Source: Syntrophales bacterium (GTDB lineage: Bacteria > Desulfobacterota > Syntrophia > Syntrophales > PHBD01). From it: a stretch of DNA of 64,000 nucleotides. The notes under the pieces were generated by a model that saw only the letters and a list, made by a program, of their open reading frames with translations, searched no databases and was not told where the DNA came from. Where the stretch lies: the NCBI GenBank assembly GCA_963668175.1, contig OY764159.1, positions 448,001 through 512,000 on the forward strand. The letters are read 5' to 3'. The position numbers and the translations under genes were made by a program. Below are positions 1-11,420 of the stretch, piece by piece; within the stretch, counting starts at the first letter, position 1; each line of letters starts with the position of its first letter.

Positions 1-822
1 CTCGTCTCCTACCGCAATATTCCGCGGGGTATCATCAGAGGCATTCAGGGCAGGCTGGGCATCCGGTTCAAGACCGTCACCTACAGAGATCAGAGGCACG
101 CCCATGAAGAACTCATGTCCTTCACGGACTGCGGCCATGCCGTCGGTCTCCAGACATCCGTCTATTGGCTTCCCTATTTTCCGCCGGAGATGCGCTTTCA
201 GTTCAACGCCCACAATCTCATCGTTTACGGACGGCGGAACGGGGAGCTCCTCGTCAGCGATCCGGTCTTCGACCACGTTGTCCTGATCAGGCCCGAGGAC
301 CTCCAGAATGCGCGTTTTACCAAAGGCATCCTGGCGCCCAGAGGTTACCTCTATTACCCCGAAGATATTCCCGTCGATATCGATATGGGTCAAGCCATCC
401 GTCGGTCTATCAGGAAGACGGTCTTCATGATGCTCCCTTCCCCTCCACCGTTCGGCGTGCGGGGTATTCATTGCCTGGCCAACAAAATAGAACGCCTCGA
501 AAAAAGCACGGACAAGCGCTACATCAAGCTCCTCCTCGGCCATATCGTCCGGATGCAGGAAGAAATCGGCACAGGAGGCGGAGGGTTCAGGTACTTGTAT
601 GCGGCGTTCCTCGACGAGGCATCGCGGATATTGTCCCTGGCGGAACTGGCCGAGGCCTCGCGGAAAATGACGGAGGCGGGCGACTTGTGGCGCGCTTTTG
701 CCTTGGCGGCCGTCGGCTACATCAAGGACAAGGGCATAACGCTTCCGGAAATCGCTGCTCAGATCAGGCGATGCGCCGAAGCGGAAAAAGACCTCTTCAC
801 ATTCCTGAAAGCGGTCATATAA
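1..822 (+). CDS. BtrH N-terminal/DUF4872 domain protein (papain-like peptidase fold), 5'-truncated by window edge
   Basis: Frame 1 is open from base 1. Motifs VYWLPYFP, FNAHNLIVYG, VSDP and QEEIGTGGGGFRYLYAAFL are typical of this family. Confidence 0.75.
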   Translation, partial: LVSYRNIPRGIIRGIQGRLGIRFKTVTYRDQRHAHEELMSFTDCGHAVGLQTSVYWLPYFPPEMRFQFNAHNLIVYGRRNGELLVSDPVFDHVVLIRPEDLQNARFTKGILAPRGYLYYPEDIPVDIDMGQAIRRSIRKTVFMMLPSPPPFGVRGIHCLANKIERLEKSTDKRYIKLLLGHIVRMQEEIGTGGGGFRYLYAAFLDEASRILSLAELAEASRKMTEAGDLWRAFALAAVGYIKDKGITLPEIAAQIRRCAEAEKDLFTFLKAVI

Positions 823-889
823 AGCAGAGAGTTAAGGTAAGATCGACCGTTGTCAGTCCGACATACGGGGGGCAGACAACGGGAACGTC

Positions 890-2788
890 TCAGGCAGGTC
901 CCTTGTCCTTCGCTTGAAATTCCAGTTCCTGTTTCTTCATCATGACCAGAATGGCCGATATGGCGGCTTGGGTCATACCGACGATCCGGCCGGCCTGGCC
1001 GATAGTGGCGGGCTCGACGCGTTTGAGCTTCATCCGGAGTTCGTTGGACAGCCCCGGGATGGCATCGTAATCGAGCCCCGGCGGTATCTTCTTTTTTTCC
1101 AGCGTTTTCAGCTTCTCGACCGCTTCGAGCTGGCGCTTGATATACCCCTCGTACTTCGCCTCGATTTCGATCTGCTTTTTGACCATCCTGTCGGGAACGG
1201 GCTCCCAGCCGTCGAAAACATTCAGGTCGTCGTAGGCCACTTCCTCCCTCTTGAGGAGCTGGTAAAGGGAAACGGGATTCTTGATCGGCGTCGTGCCCAT
1301 CCCGGCCAGGATCGTATTGACGTCGGCCACCGGAAAGATCCGGACCCCTGAAAGACGGGATATTCCGTCAGCTATCTTCTTGGTCTTCTCCTGGAGGAGA
1401 CGATAATGATCGTGTCCGATCAATCCCAGTTCGTGGCCCTTCCCCATCAAACGGATGACGGCATTGTCCTCCCTAAGGATCAAACGATACTCGGCGCGGG
1501 AGGTGAACATCCGGTAAGGTTCGTCGACCCCCTTGGTGACCAGGTCGTCGATCATCACCCCCATGTAGGCATCGGAGCGATCGAGGATAAACGGTTGCCG
1601 TCCCTGGACGGCGAGGGCCGCATTGATGCCCGCCCACAGGCCTTGCGCGGCCGCCTCCTCATAGCCGGACGTCCCGTTGATTTGGCCCGCGAGATACAGG
1701 CCGGACACGGATTTCGTCTCCAGGGTCCGCTTCAGCTGGGTCGGCTGAACGAAATCATATTCGATGGCGTAGGCGGACCGCATGATTTCCGCCTGTTCGA
1801 GACCGGGCACGCTGTGGACAATCTGTTCCTGCAGTTCCATCGGCATGCTGTTCCCCAGGCCCTTGGCATAGATCTCTTCCGTATCGATCCCTTCGTATTC
1901 GAGGACGACGGGATGCTGCCCCTTGTCGGTGAATCGCACGACCTTGTCCTCCAGGGAGGGGCAGTAACGGGCGCTGACGCCTTTGATCGTCCCGGAATAC
2001 AGAGGAGAAAGGAGAATGTTGTCACGGATGAGGCGATGGGTCTCAGGCGTCGTTCGGCTGAAGAAGGAAGGCAGACGCGTTTCGCCCAGTTTGTCCGTCG
2101 AAAAAGAAAAAGGCTCGGGATCGGGGTCACTGTCCTGCCGGGTGAGTACGGAAAAATCGACGGTGGACGCCCGCAGCCGGGGCGGCGTACCCGTCTTCAT
2201 GCGCCCCATCTCGAAACCGAGCGCCGCGAGCGATTTCGCGAGTTCCAAGGATGCGATTTCACCGGCGCGGCCCGCCGGATAGCTTACCGTCCCGATGTGG
2301 ATCAATCCGTTCAGAAAAGTGCCGGTCGTGATGACGACGGATTTCGCCCCGTAAAAAACACCGGTTTGATCCTGCACTCCGGCGATGCGCCCGTCTTCCA
2401 CGATCAGGCGTTCGACGAGGGTCTGACGCAGATGGAGACGGGGCTCCTTCTCGACGACAGCTTTCATGGCAAGCCGATAGCGCTGCTTGTCGCACTGAAA
2501 ACGGGACGATTGAACGGCGGGTCCTTTCGAGGCATTGAGCAGGCGGAAATGGACGGCCGTCTGATCGGCGATCTTCCCCATCTCGCCACCCAGAGCGTCT
2601 ATTTCCTTGACCAATTGCCCCTTGGCGAGGCCGCCAATGGCCGGATTGCAGGACATCAGGGCCATGGCATCGAGATTGATATTGAACATGAGGGTATCGC
2701 ATCCCATGCGGGCCGACGCCAACGCCGCTTCGCAACCGGCGTGACCGCCGCCTATGACGATTACCTCAAAATGTTTCTGCAGAGTCAT
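890..2788 (-). CDS. mnmG: tRNA uridine-5-carboxymethylaminomethyl modification enzyme MnmG (GidA)
   Basis: [65 protein letters not shown]. Confidence 0.98.
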   Translation of the reverse strand: MTLQKHFEVIVIGGGHAGCEAALASARMGCDTLMFNINLDAMALMSCNPAIGGLAKGQLVKEIDALGGEMGKIADQTAVHFRLLNASKGPAVQSSRFQCDKQRYRLAMKAVVEKEPRLHLRQTLVERLIVEDGRIAGVQDQTGVFYGAKSVVITTGTFLNGLIHIGTVSYPAGRAGEIASLELAKSLAALGFEMGRMKTGTPPRLRASTVDFSVLTRQDSDPDPEPFSFSTDKLGETRLPSFFSRTTPETHRLIRDNILLSPLYSGTIKGVSARYCPSLEDKVVRFTDKGQHPVVLEYEGIDTEEIYAKGLGNSMPMELQEQIVHSVPGLEQAEIMRSAYAIEYDFVQPTQLKRTLETKSVSGLYLAGQINGTSGYEEAAAQGLWAGINAALAVQGRQPFILDRSDAYMGVMIDDLVTKGVDEPYRMFTSRAEYRLILREDNAVIRLMGKGHELGLIGHDHYRLLQEKTKKIADGISRLSGVRIFPVADVNTILAGMGTTPIKNPVSLYQLLKREEVAYDDLNVFDGWEPVPDRMVKKQIEIEAKYEGYIKRQLEAVEKLKTLEKKKIPPGLDYDAIPGLSNELRMKLKRVEPATIGQAGRIVGMTQAAISAILVMMKKQELEFQAKDKGPA

Positions 2789-2830
2789 CGTTTTTCCAAA
2801 ATTACGCCGACATCTCCCTCCGGCCGCCCA

Positions 2831-4057
2831 TTATGCATTCAGGCGTTTCTCCTCCGTAACAAAGACACCGATGACGGCAACAGCCGTCACGGCCGTCAGA
2901 CCGCCGAATATAAAGGGCGCGGCGGGGGCCAGGGAGAAGAGAAAACCGGCAATGACACTCGCCGGAAGGAGTCCGATCCCGACGATCGTGTTGAAGAAGC
3001 CCAAAGCCGTCGCTTTCGATTCCGCGGGGGCCTTTTCCGCCACGAAGGCCTTTTCGACGCCCTCCGTCATGGCATAATACAAACCATAAACCGGCCAGAA
3101 AATCCAAAGAAGAAATCGGGATGAAGGATCGATAAATCCGAAGGCCATATAAACGACCGCATACAGGCCGTAGCCTGCAACCAGCAGTTTCTTCCGGCCG
3201 ATCCGGTCCGACAGACTACCGAAGGCCGTCGATGCCAAGGACGTGACCAGGTTAAAGATGATGTACATCACAATGACGGTGGAGAGGGCGTAACCAAGTC
3301 CCGTACTTCGCAACAACAGGAATTGATTGGAGGAATTGCCAAGCGTGAAGATGAACTGGGCAAGAAGGAATACCTGCAGGCTCTTGTTGTAATGCCTGAA
3401 ATTGAGCCGGGGTTTTGCCGCCGGACATTGAGCGCGCTCCCGCGTTTCCCTTTCCCGTATAAAAAACAGGCAGATGACGCCGATAAAAGCCGGAACCAGT
3501 GCAATCGCAAAGACGGGATAGAAGGCCTGCGGATCGTGCATTGTCTCCACGCCCGGAAAAACATAGCCGACCAGCAGATAACAGAAGACCGTGCCCAGCA
3601 TGGCGCCGGAGAAATCCATCGCCCGTTGAAAGCCGAAGGCCCGCCCCTGATGCTCCCTGGACGTGCTTTCCGCAATCAGGGCATCGCGGGGGGCTGTCCT
3701 GATTCCCTTGCCGACCCGGTCGAAAAAACGGGCCGTCAGCACAGTATACCAGAAGGGCAGGAAGAACAGGAACCGCGACAGGGACGATATCGCGTATCCC
3801 CAGATGGTCGGCATCTTGCGCTTTTCCTGACGGTCGGACCAGTAGCCGGAATAGACCTTGAGCAGGCTGGCCGTCGCTTCGGAGATTCCTTCGATGATGC
3901 CCAGGACCGGCCCCAGCAGGGCCGTCTGGGCCTTCAGGATGGCGCTGACAAAGGCCTGCAGCAGCGGATAGATCATCTCCGAGGAGATATCGGTGAAGAA
4001 TGAGGTCAAGCCGGTGATCAGAACGTTTCTGTCAAGCGGTTCGCGGTTTTGAGACAT
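2831..4057 (-). CDS. MFS transporter
   Basis: About 12 hydrophobic segments; GYWSDR and GSLSDRIGRK loop motifs; DRVGKGIRTAPRDALI. Confidence 0.92.
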   Translation of the reverse strand: MSQNREPLDRNVLITGLTSFFTDISSEMIYPLLQAFVSAILKAQTALLGPVLGIIEGISEATASLLKVYSGYWSDRQEKRKMPTIWGYAISSLSRFLFFLPFWYTVLTARFFDRVGKGIRTAPRDALIAESTSREHQGRAFGFQRAMDFSGAMLGTVFCYLLVGYVFPGVETMHDPQAFYPVFAIALVPAFIGVICLFFIRERETRERAQCPAAKPRLNFRHYNKSLQVFLLAQFIFTLGNSSNQFLLLRSTGLGYALSTVIVMYIIFNLVTSLASTAFGSLSDRIGRKKLLVAGYGLYAVVYMAFGFIDPSSRFLLWIFWPVYGLYYAMTEGVEKAFVAEKAPAESKATALGFFNTIVGIGLLPASVIAGFLFSLAPAAPFIFGGLTAVTAVAVIGVFVTEEKRLNA

Positions 4058-4204
4058 TGAAAGGTATGTCCTCTGCTGATCTTCTTGTCACCGGCATACG
4101 GCCCGAGGTCGATTTCTATCGTGCCGGCCGGAACGTTCCGCACGTCTCCCAAGCGCAATGTGCACAAAATGTTCGAAAAGATTTCCTCTTGCCTCTGCGC
4201 GCGA

Positions 4205-6028
4205 TCAATACATGCTCTCTTCTTTACGTTTCGCCGACCTGCGGTTGGCGTCGAGTTCCATTTTCCGGAGCCGTATGTGCTGGGGCGTCACCTCAACCAG
4301 TTCGTCGGCGGCGATGAATTCGATCGACTGATCGAGGGAAAGAGGGCGCGGCGGCCGCAACGTTACGGTGGCTTCCGACGTCGAGCTCCTCATATTCGTC
4401 AACTTCTTTTCCTTCGTGATGTTGACGGTCATGTCGCCGGTTCGGTTGCGTTCGCCGATAATCATGCCGCCGTAGACCTCCGTGCCCACCTCGACGAAGA
4501 GTTCTCCCCGGTCCGCCATCGCCAGGCTGGCGTACGTCGTCACTTTGCCGTTTCTGTCGGCGAGCAAGGCGCCGCTCGAACGCTGCGGTATCGGACCGGC
4601 CCAGGGTTCATACCCTTCGAACAAGGTGTTCATCACACCCGAACCCTTGGTATTGGTCAGGAAATGGCTGCGGAACCCGATGAGGCCGCGCGACGGGACC
4701 AGGAACTCCAGATTGACCCGGCCGCTTCCCTTATTGACCAGATGCACCATCCGCCCTTTCCGCTGCGATAGTTTTTCCGTAACGATGCCCACGAATTCGT
4801 CGGGAACGTCTACAAAAACCCGCTCCACGGGTTCCAGTGTCCTGCCGTTTTCCTCCTTCGTGATCACGCGGGGGCGGGAGACCATGAATTCGTACCCCTC
4901 CCGGCGCATCGTCTCGATCAGGACGGCCATTTGCAGCTCGCCGCGGCCGCAGACTTCAAAGGCATCCTTTCTTTCCATGAGCTTGAGCTTGAGGGCCACA
5001 TTACGGTAATCCTCTTTTTCCAGGCGTTCCAGAAGATGGCGCGACGTCAGGAATTTCCCTTCCCGGCCGGCGAACGGGCTGTTGTTGACGTAAAAAATCA
5101 TCGAAACGGTCGGTTCGTCCACATTGATGCGGGGCAGCGGTAGGGGTGTTTCCAAGGCGCTGATGGTATCGCCGATGTTGATGGATTCCACCCCGGCCAC
5201 GGCGACGATATCACCTGCCTCAACGGCGTCAACCTGCTTCTTCATCAAGCCGTGATACGTATAAAGGACAGAGAATTTCACGCCCGGCGTCACCTGGTCT
5301 TCGCCGCACAATGCATAGAGCTGATTCATCATCAATTTCCCATGCATCAGACGGCCGATGCCGATCTGCCCGACGTAGGAATCGTAGTCGAGATTGGTAA
5401 TGAGAAACTGGGGTACTGCTTCGTCGTCGGCGTCCGGGCCGGGAATCGCCTCGCAGATGGCGTCAAACAGGGGACGGAGGTCCGCCGAGGAGTCTCCCGG
5501 CTTCAGATGGGCAATGCCCTTTTTGGCGTTGGTATAGAGAATAGGAAACTCGATCTGCTGCTCGCTGGCGTCAAGATCGATAAAGAGGTCGTACACCTCG
5601 CTGATCACTTCTTCGATACGGGCGTCGCCGCGGTCGATCTTGTTGATCACGACGATGACGGGCAACTGCCGGGCCAGGGCTTTTTTGACGACGAAACGGG
5701 TCTGGGGGAGCGGCCCTTCGCTGGCGTCGACCAGCAGGATGGCGCCGTCAACCATGTTGAGGCTCCGCTCCACCTCCCCGCCGAAATCGGCGTGACCGGG
5801 TGTGTCGACGATATTGATTTTAATGCCCCCGTACCATATGGCGGTGTTCTTCGCCATGATGGTGATTCCTCTCTCCTTTTCCAGATCCATGGAGTCCATG
5901 ACCCGTTCGGCGACTTCCTGGTTTTCGCGGAAGATCCCCGTCTGTTTGAGCATGGCGTCAACCAGGGTTGTTTTGCCGTGATCGACATGGGCTATGATGG
6001 CTATATTTCTGATATTATTCTTTCGCAC
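4205..6028 (-). CDS. typA: Translational GTPase TypA/BipA
   Basis: [46 protein letters not shown]. Start placed at GTG 6028 behind an AAGGAA RBS; ATG 6049 is the alternative. Confidence 0.97.
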   Translation of the reverse strand: MRKNNIRNIAIIAHVDHGKTTLVDAMLKQTGIFRENQEVAERVMDSMDLEKERGITIMAKNTAIWYGGIKINIVDTPGHADFGGEVERSLNMVDGAILLVDASEGPLPQTRFVVKKALARQLPVIVVINKIDRGDARIEEVISEVYDLFIDLDASEQQIEFPILYTNAKKGIAHLKPGDSSADLRPLFDAICEAIPGPDADDEAVPQFLITNLDYDSYVGQIGIGRLMHGKLMMNQLYALCGEDQVTPGVKFSVLYTYHGLMKKQVDAVEAGDIVAVAGVESINIGDTISALETPLPLPRINVDEPTVSMIFYVNNSPFAGREGKFLTSRHLLERLEKEDYRNVALKLKLMERKDAFEVCGRGELQMAVLIETMRREGYEFMVSRPRVITKEENGRTLEPVERVFVDVPDEFVGIVTEKLSQRKGRMVHLVNKGSGRVNLEFLVPSRGLIGFRSHFLTNTKGSGVMNTLFEGYEPWAGPIPQRSSGALLADRNGKVTTYASLAMADRGELFVEVGTEVYGGMIIGERNRTGDMTVNITKEKKLTNMRSSTSEATVTLRPPRPLSLDQSIEFIAADELVEVTPQHIRLRKMELDANRRSAKRKEESMY

Positions 6029-6253
6029 GAAACAAATGTTCCTTTCCATCGCGGTTAAGATGGTAACCGCCTGTACATTTTCGGCCTATATACCGGCTGT
6101 TTGCCGAGAACACAACGCCGAATATAAATTATATTGAAGTCTCCTCCCCGTTTCGTGTAATGATTCAGGGGTTTCTCGTCCGAGGACGGGATAAGGCGAA
6201 TCGGTGGAAGTATCCGCCGGGACAGAGATTAGAGCGGCTCATGGCAGGACACA

Positions 6254-7192
6254 TTGTCAAAACAATCATTCCCGGAAAATAGAAAAAGATACAGCGATCT
6301 GAAAAGCTTCTGGCGGGACCGGTTCGGCTGCACGGTGCACAAACTGCCCATCGATGCCGGGTTCACCTGCCCGAACCGGGACGGAACGGTCGCAACGGGC
6401 GGATGTCTGTATTGCGACGGAAGAGGATCGCGTCTGCGTCAGGCGGGCTCCTTACCTACCGTCGCCGAACAAATAGGCCTCGGCCAGGCGTACTATCGCG
6501 GCAAGCGCCGCGCCGGTAAATTTATTGCCTATTTTCAAACCTTCACCAACACGCACGCCCCTGTCGGCCGACTTAAAGCCCTGTACGACGAAGCCCTGGC
6601 CCAGCCGGATGTCATCGGCTTGTCCATCGGCACCCGACCCGACTGCGTGCCCGACGAAACCCTGGAACTCATCAATTCCTACGCCGAATCCTATCACGTT
6701 TGGCTCGAATTCGGCCTCCAATCCATCCACGACAGGTCCCTTGCCGCCATCAACCGGGGCCACGATGCGGCCGCGTTTTTCGACGCCGTGCAACGGGCCG
6801 CCGGCGGGAATATCTTGATCTGCACGCACATCATCCTGGGGCTGCCGGGCGAAACACGAGACGATATGATGGAAACGGCCCGGGTTCTTGCGAAGCTTCC
6901 CATTCATGGGATCAAGATCCACCTCCTGTTGGCACTTCGCGGTACCGCCGTCGGAAAATCCTACGAGGAAGGCCGGGTAAAGTTATTGACAAAGGCCGAA
7001 TATGTCGATACGGTTTGCGACATTCTGGAAGAACTGCCGCCGGAGATGGTCATTCAGCGCCTGACGGCGGACGGCTACCGGGATATCTACCTCGGACCCC
7101 AGTGGGCGATCAACAAAATGGATGTCTTGAACGCCATCGACCGGGAACTGACGGCAAGAGACAGTTGCCAGGGAAGCCGATTTCATTTATAA
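6254..7192 (+). CDS. TIGR01212/YhcC-family radical SAM protein
   Basis: GFTCPNRDG...GGCLYC, YFQTFTNT, IGTRPDC, EFGLQS, INRGH, GIKIHLL. Confidence 0.92.
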   Translation: MSKQSFPENRKRYSDLKSFWRDRFGCTVHKLPIDAGFTCPNRDGTVATGGCLYCDGRGSRLRQAGSLPTVAEQIGLGQAYYRGKRRAGKFIAYFQTFTNTHAPVGRLKALYDEALAQPDVIGLSIGTRPDCVPDETLELINSYAESYHVWLEFGLQSIHDRSLAAINRGHDAAAFFDAVQRAAGGNILICTHIILGLPGETRDDMMETARVLAKLPIHGIKIHLLLALRGTAVGKSYEEGRVKLLTKAEYVDTVCDILEELPPEMVIQRLTADGYRDIYLGPQWAINKMDVLNAIDRELTARDSCQGSRFHL

Positions 7193-7212
7193 CAGCTGGG
7201 AACGGATATTTT

Positions 7213-7851
7213 ATGATTGGTATCATTGACTATAAAGCCGGCAATTTGACCAGCGTGGCCCGGGCGCTTCAGTACCTCAACGAGCCCTGCACGATTACGG
7301 CCGATTTGCAGGCCCTGGAAAAAGCCGACCGCCTCATTTTCCCAGGCGTCGGCGCCGCCGGTGAGGCCATGGAGAATCTCCGCTTAAGCGGCCTCGACAA
7401 ACGGATTCGGGAGTGGGTTGCCGCCGGAAAACCGACCTTGGGAATCTGCCTCGGCACCCAGGTTATTTTTGAATACAGCGAGGAAGACCATCGAACCGAG
7501 TGTCTGGGCATCGTACCGGGCGCCGTCAAGCTGTTCCCCAAGGACCTGGCCCAGGACGGCCGCCGTCTGAAGATCCCCCACATGGGATGGAACCAGGTCG
7601 CTTTTCCGAACGATCACCCGGTCTTCCGGGACTTGCCTGCCGGGGCGGAATTCTATTTCGTCCACTCCTATTATCCCGAACCGGCGGATGAGCGTTGGGT
7701 TGCGGGCTGGACGGACTACGGCATTCGTTTCTGCGCGGCAATCGCCTCGAAAAATCTTGTCGCCGTTCAGTTCCACCCGGAAAAGAGCGGCCGGCCGGGA
7801 CTCAAGATTCTGCAGAATTTCTGCGCATGGGGAGGCCGCTATGCTGAGTAA
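7213..7851 (+). CDS. hisH: Imidazole glycerol phosphate synthase glutaminase subunit
   Basis: [44 protein letters not shown] at 7213. Confidence 0.95.
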   Translation: MIGIIDYKAGNLTSVARALQYLNEPCTITADLQALEKADRLIFPGVGAAGEAMENLRLSGLDKRIREWVAAGKPTLGICLGTQVIFEYSEEDHRTECLGIVPGAVKLFPKDLAQDGRRLKIPHMGWNQVAFPNDHPVFRDLPAGAEFYFVHSYYPEPADERWVAGWTDYGIRFCAAIASKNLVAVQFHPEKSGRPGLKILQNFCAWGGRYAE

Positions 7852-8620
7852 GCGCCTCATCCCCTGCCTCGACGTCCGTAACGGGCTGCTGACGAAGGGC
7901 ATCAAATTTCAGAACAACGTCGACATCGGCGATCCCGTCGAGGCCGCCAGGGAGTACTACGAACAGGGAGCTGATGAAATCGTCTTTTACGATATCACCG
8001 CCTCCGCCGAAGGCCGCAAGATCATGATCGACGTGGTCAGGCGTGTGGCCGAAACGATCTTCATTCCCTTTTCCGTCGGCGGCGGCATCGGTTCACTCGA
8101 CGACATGCGCCAGGCCATCCTGGCTGGTGCAGAGAAGATCAGCGTCAATACGGAAGCCATCAAAAACCCGCCGATCATCACGGAGGGCGCCCGGGCCTTC
8201 GGCAGCCAGTGCATTGTCCTGGGGATGGATGTGAAAAAAGTGGGCGTAAATAAAAAGACACCCAGCGGGTATGAAATGGTCATCCACGGCGGGCGCACCT
8301 ATACGGGCATAGACGCCCTATGGTGGGCCCAGGAGGCGGAGCGGCTAGGCGCCGGAGAGATTTGCCTGAATTCCATCGACGCGGACGGCACCCAGGACGG
8401 TTACGAGATCGATCTTACGAGGATGATATCGACGAGCGTCCGCATTCCCGTCATCGCCTCCGGCGGGGCTGGCACTCCGGCCCACATCCGGGACGTTCTT
8501 ACCGAGGGGCATGCGGATGCGGCATTGATCGCCTCGATGGTCCATTACCGGACCTACACGATAGAGGCCATCAAATCGTATCTGCAAAGCGAGGGCGTCA
8601 AGACCAGAATGGAGTGGTGA
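7841..8620 (+). CDS. hisF: Imidazole glycerol phosphate synthase cyclase subunit
   Basis: [48 protein letters not shown]; overlaps hisH by 11 nt. Confidence 0.96.
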   Translation: MLSKRLIPCLDVRNGLLTKGIKFQNNVDIGDPVEAAREYYEQGADEIVFYDITASAEGRKIMIDVVRRVAETIFIPFSVGGGIGSLDDMRQAILAGAEKISVNTEAIKNPPIITEGARAFGSQCIVLGMDVKKVGVNKKTPSGYEMVIHGGRTYTGIDALWWAQEAERLGAGEICLNSIDADGTQDGYEIDLTRMISTSVRIPVIASGGAGTPAHIRDVLTEGHADAALIASMVHYRTYTIEAIKSYLQSEGVKTRMEW

Positions 8621-8682
8621 CGCGGGCCGAGACCCTGTATTCGTCAGCAAAAGCCGCCCCGGGGAAACATGGCCGCATGAGG

Positions 8683-8710
8683 TTGACAATTCCGGAAATC
8701 ATTGTAAGAT
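8683..8710 (+). promoter_or_regulatory. Candidate sigma70 promoter
   Basis: TTGACA (8683-88), 16 nt spacer, TAAGAT (8705-10). Confidence 0.5.
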
Positions 8711-8797
8711 AGCTTCCTATATCAAGATTTTGAATACGGGGTGCAAGGCGTCCCGGGCAGTACATAACGATCACTTGGATTCAATAAGGAGATCCAT

Positions 8798-9664
8798 ATG
8801 AAAAGGGTAATGGGGTTAATCCTGATCATGGTGCTCTTCGCCAGCCCGAATCTCTATGCCGAACAGCTCAGATCCATCGTGACGGAAGTGGAAGGTCTGG
8901 CCTGCATGGGACGGGACAAGTCCATTTCGCAGACGGAAACGATGGCCATGCAGGAGGCCAAAAGGAAGGCGGCGGAATATGCGTCGTCCTACATCAAGAG
9001 CGAAACCCAGATGCAAGATTTTGTTCTGGAAAAAGACCTGGTCAGCGCCTATACCAAGGCCATGATCAAGATCATCCAGGAAATGGATAAGTCCTGGTAC
9101 ACCGACTCGGCTTCCGGCCAATGCTACAAGATCAAGATCAAGGCCGAGGTCGTGCCCGATGAAAAGGCCATGAAGAAAATCGAAAGCAAGGACTTTTCCG
9201 ACGATCCCGCCGCTCCCCTGACAGTGAAGGTGTACACCGACCGCGAATCGTATAAAAGGGGAGAGAAAATCAAGATATTCCTCAAGGGTAACCGGCCTTT
9301 TTTCGCCAACATCATTTATAAGAACGCCGAAGGGCAGGCCCTGCAGCTTCTCCCCAACCCGTACCGCCAGAAGAATTATTTCCAGGGAGGCGCCGTCTTC
9401 GAGATTCCCTCCGGCGACGATCAGTTCGAACTGGAAGTGACGGAACCTTTCGGGCGGGAAACGATCACCGTCTACGCCAGCACCGCCCAGATCGGCGATC
9501 TCAGCGTGAAGCCGCTGGGAGGGGTTTATGAAGTGAAGACCAAACCCAAGGATATCCCCGTCGGCACACGGGGTGTCAAACTCGTTTCCCCGAACCAGGG
9601 AAGCCAGACCAAAACCGCCGCTCAATTTATCGAATCCAGCGTATCGATCAAGACATCTAAATGA
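8798..9664 (+). CDS. Secreted DUF4384-domain protein
   Basis: N-terminal signal peptide (..LYA/EQ). C-terminal YKRGEKIKI..LLPNPY..IPS..EPFGRETITVYAS resembles DUF4384. AAGGAG RBS. Confidence 0.7.
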   Translation: MKRVMGLILIMVLFASPNLYAEQLRSIVTEVEGLACMGRDKSISQTETMAMQEAKRKAAEYASSYIKSETQMQDFVLEKDLVSAYTKAMIKIIQEMDKSWYTDSASGQCYKIKIKAEVVPDEKAMKKIESKDFSDDPAAPLTVKVYTDRESYKRGEKIKIFLKGNRPFFANIIYKNAEGQALQLLPNPYRQKNYFQGGAVFEIPSGDDQFELEVTEPFGRETITVYASTAQIGDLSVKPLGGVYEVKTKPKDIPVGTRGVKLVSPNQGSQTKTAAQFIESSVSIKTSK

Positions 9665-10755
9665 AGACGGGCTTTAATCGTGCGGCAGGAACAGCCCGTC
9701 CCTGGAACGGCGCAACGGCGGAGGATTGGCGCAACTGGAAGTGGCAATTCGCCCATCGTATATGCACCCTTCCTAAGTTGGCAACGCTATCGGACCGGGT
9801 ATTATCGTTCGACGGTAAGCAGCGAGACGTCGTCCGTAAATACCCCGTGGCGATCACTCCGTACTATTTTTCGTTGATGGATGCTGGCGATCCGAACGAT
9901 CCAATCTGCCTCCAGTCTGTCCCCGATTCCCGGGAAATGGATTACTCGCTGGGCGGCACGGCCGATCCCCTGGCCGAAGAGCAGCATATGGACGTGCCGG
10001 GGCTGGTCCAGCGGTATCCGGACCGGTGCCTGGTTCTCGTGACCAACGTCTGCGCAACCTATTGCCGGCACTGCAACCGGAAACGGATATGGAAGCAGAA
10101 GCGGGCAAGCGACATTAAGGCCTATTTTCGACGTATTATCGACGCTATCGCGGCGAGACCCTCCGTCCGGGAAGTGATTCTCTCCGGCGGCGATCCCCTG
10201 ACCATGAGCGATGAGACGGTCGAATGGCTCCTTTCCGCATTGCGTTCCATTCCCCACGTGGAAGTGATCCGGATGGGGAGCAGAACGCCGGTGGTCATGC
10301 CCATGCGCATCACGAAAGATCTGTGCGGCATCCTGCGGAAGCACCGTCCCCTGTGGTTCAATACCCAGTTCAACCATTCCCGGGAGATCACCGGGGATTC
10401 CGCCAGGGCCTGTGAAATGCTTCTGGAAGCGGGAATCCCCGTCTCCAGCCAGACGGTCCTGCTGAGAAACGTCAATGACCGTTACGAGACCATGAAGGAT
10501 CTGCTCTACGGATTGCAGTGCATAGCCGTCCGGCCCTATTACCTCTTTCAATGCGATCCGGTTGCGGGTACCGATCATTTCCGGACGGATATCTGGACCG
10601 GCATGGAAATCATGGAGAAACTCTGGAGCAATGTTTCCGGACTGTGCCTGCCGAGGTATGTCCTGGATGTCCCGGGCGGCAAGGGCAAGATCCCCCTGCA
10701 GCCTTTTTCATTTCTTAAGCGGGAAAAGTCGTCTCCCGACGAAACATTCTTTTGA
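9661..10755 (+). CDS. epmB: KamA-family radical SAM lysine 2,3-aminomutase (EF-P beta-lysylation, EpmB-like)
   Basis: CATYCRHC, SGGDPL, QTVLL, PYYLFQCD, GGKGK (PLP lysine); adjacent to efp and epmA. Confidence 0.85.
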   Translation: MKTGFNRAAGTARPWNGATAEDWRNWKWQFAHRICTLPKLATLSDRVLSFDGKQRDVVRKYPVAITPYYFSLMDAGDPNDPICLQSVPDSREMDYSLGGTADPLAEEQHMDVPGLVQRYPDRCLVLVTNVCATYCRHCNRKRIWKQKRASDIKAYFRRIIDAIAARPSVREVILSGGDPLTMSDETVEWLLSALRSIPHVEVIRMGSRTPVVMPMRITKDLCGILRKHRPLWFNTQFNHSREITGDSARACEMLLEAGIPVSSQTVLLRNVNDRYETMKDLLYGLQCIAVRPYYLFQCDPVAGTDHFRTDIWTGMEIMEKLWSNVSGLCLPRYVLDVPGGKGKIPLQPFSFLKREKSSPDETFF

Positions 10756-10850
10756 CAAGAATCCATAAATCATTTAAAAGACTCGGCACATAAATTAAGG
10801 ATACAAAACAGACATTTCCAGGATACAGACCAGAGAAGGAGCAATGCCAT

Positions 10851-11414
10851 ATGTATACTGCCAGCGATTTAAGAAAAGGGCTGCGGATCAAGATCGACGG
10901 CGACCCCCATATCATCACGGAGTTCAACTTCGTCAAGCCCGGCAAGGGCCAGGCACTATACCGCTGCAAACTGATCAACATGATAACGGAAAGTCAGTTT
11001 GAAAGGACGTTTCGTTCCGTCGATACCTTCGAACCGGCCGACCTTCAGGAAAAGAAGATGCAGTATCTCTATATGGAGGACGACAAGTACTGCTTTATGG
11101 ACAGCGCCACCTTCGAGCAGGTCTTTCTCTCGGCCGATCAGGTAGGCGAGGCGAAGAATTTTATGATCGACAACCTGGAAGTCCAGGTCCTTCTGTTTGA
11201 AGATCGTCCCCTGGGCGTAACCCTGCCCAACACGGTGGATCTCGTTGTTACGAAAGCGGAGCCCTGGGCCAAGGGCGACACGGTATCGGGCAAGACGAAA
11301 CCCGTTACCGTACAGACAGGCTTTCTGCTTCAGGTCCCGCCATTTATCGAAGAAGGGGAAAAGATCCGTATCGATACCCGGACCGGAGAATACCTGACCC
11401 GTGTCAAGGGCTGA
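10851..11414 (+). CDS. efp: Elongation factor P
   Basis: VKPGKGQA (modifiable Lys), KGDTVS, VPPFIEEGEKIRIDTRTGEY. Confidence 0.98.
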   Translation: MYTASDLRKGLRIKIDGDPHIITEFNFVKPGKGQALYRCKLINMITESQFERTFRSVDTFEPADLQEKKMQYLYMEDDKYCFMDSATFEQVFLSADQVGEAKNFMIDNLEVQVLLFEDRPLGVTLPNTVDLVVTKAEPWAKGDTVSGKTKPVTVQTGFLLQVPPFIEEGEKIRIDTRTGEYLTRVKG

Positions 11415-11420
11415 TCTGCA

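Noticed and set aside
1406..3124. 572-aa plus-strand ORF, and similar long ORFs at 30606-32468, 34486-36135, 52387-53739, 28057-29301 and 41215-42399
   Set aside because: Antisense shadows of well-supported genes, expected from GC-rich codon bias; no recognisable motifs.
6051..6070. Inverted repeat GCGGTTA/TAACCGC upstream of typA
   Set aside because: A single 7-bp stem with no supporting context.
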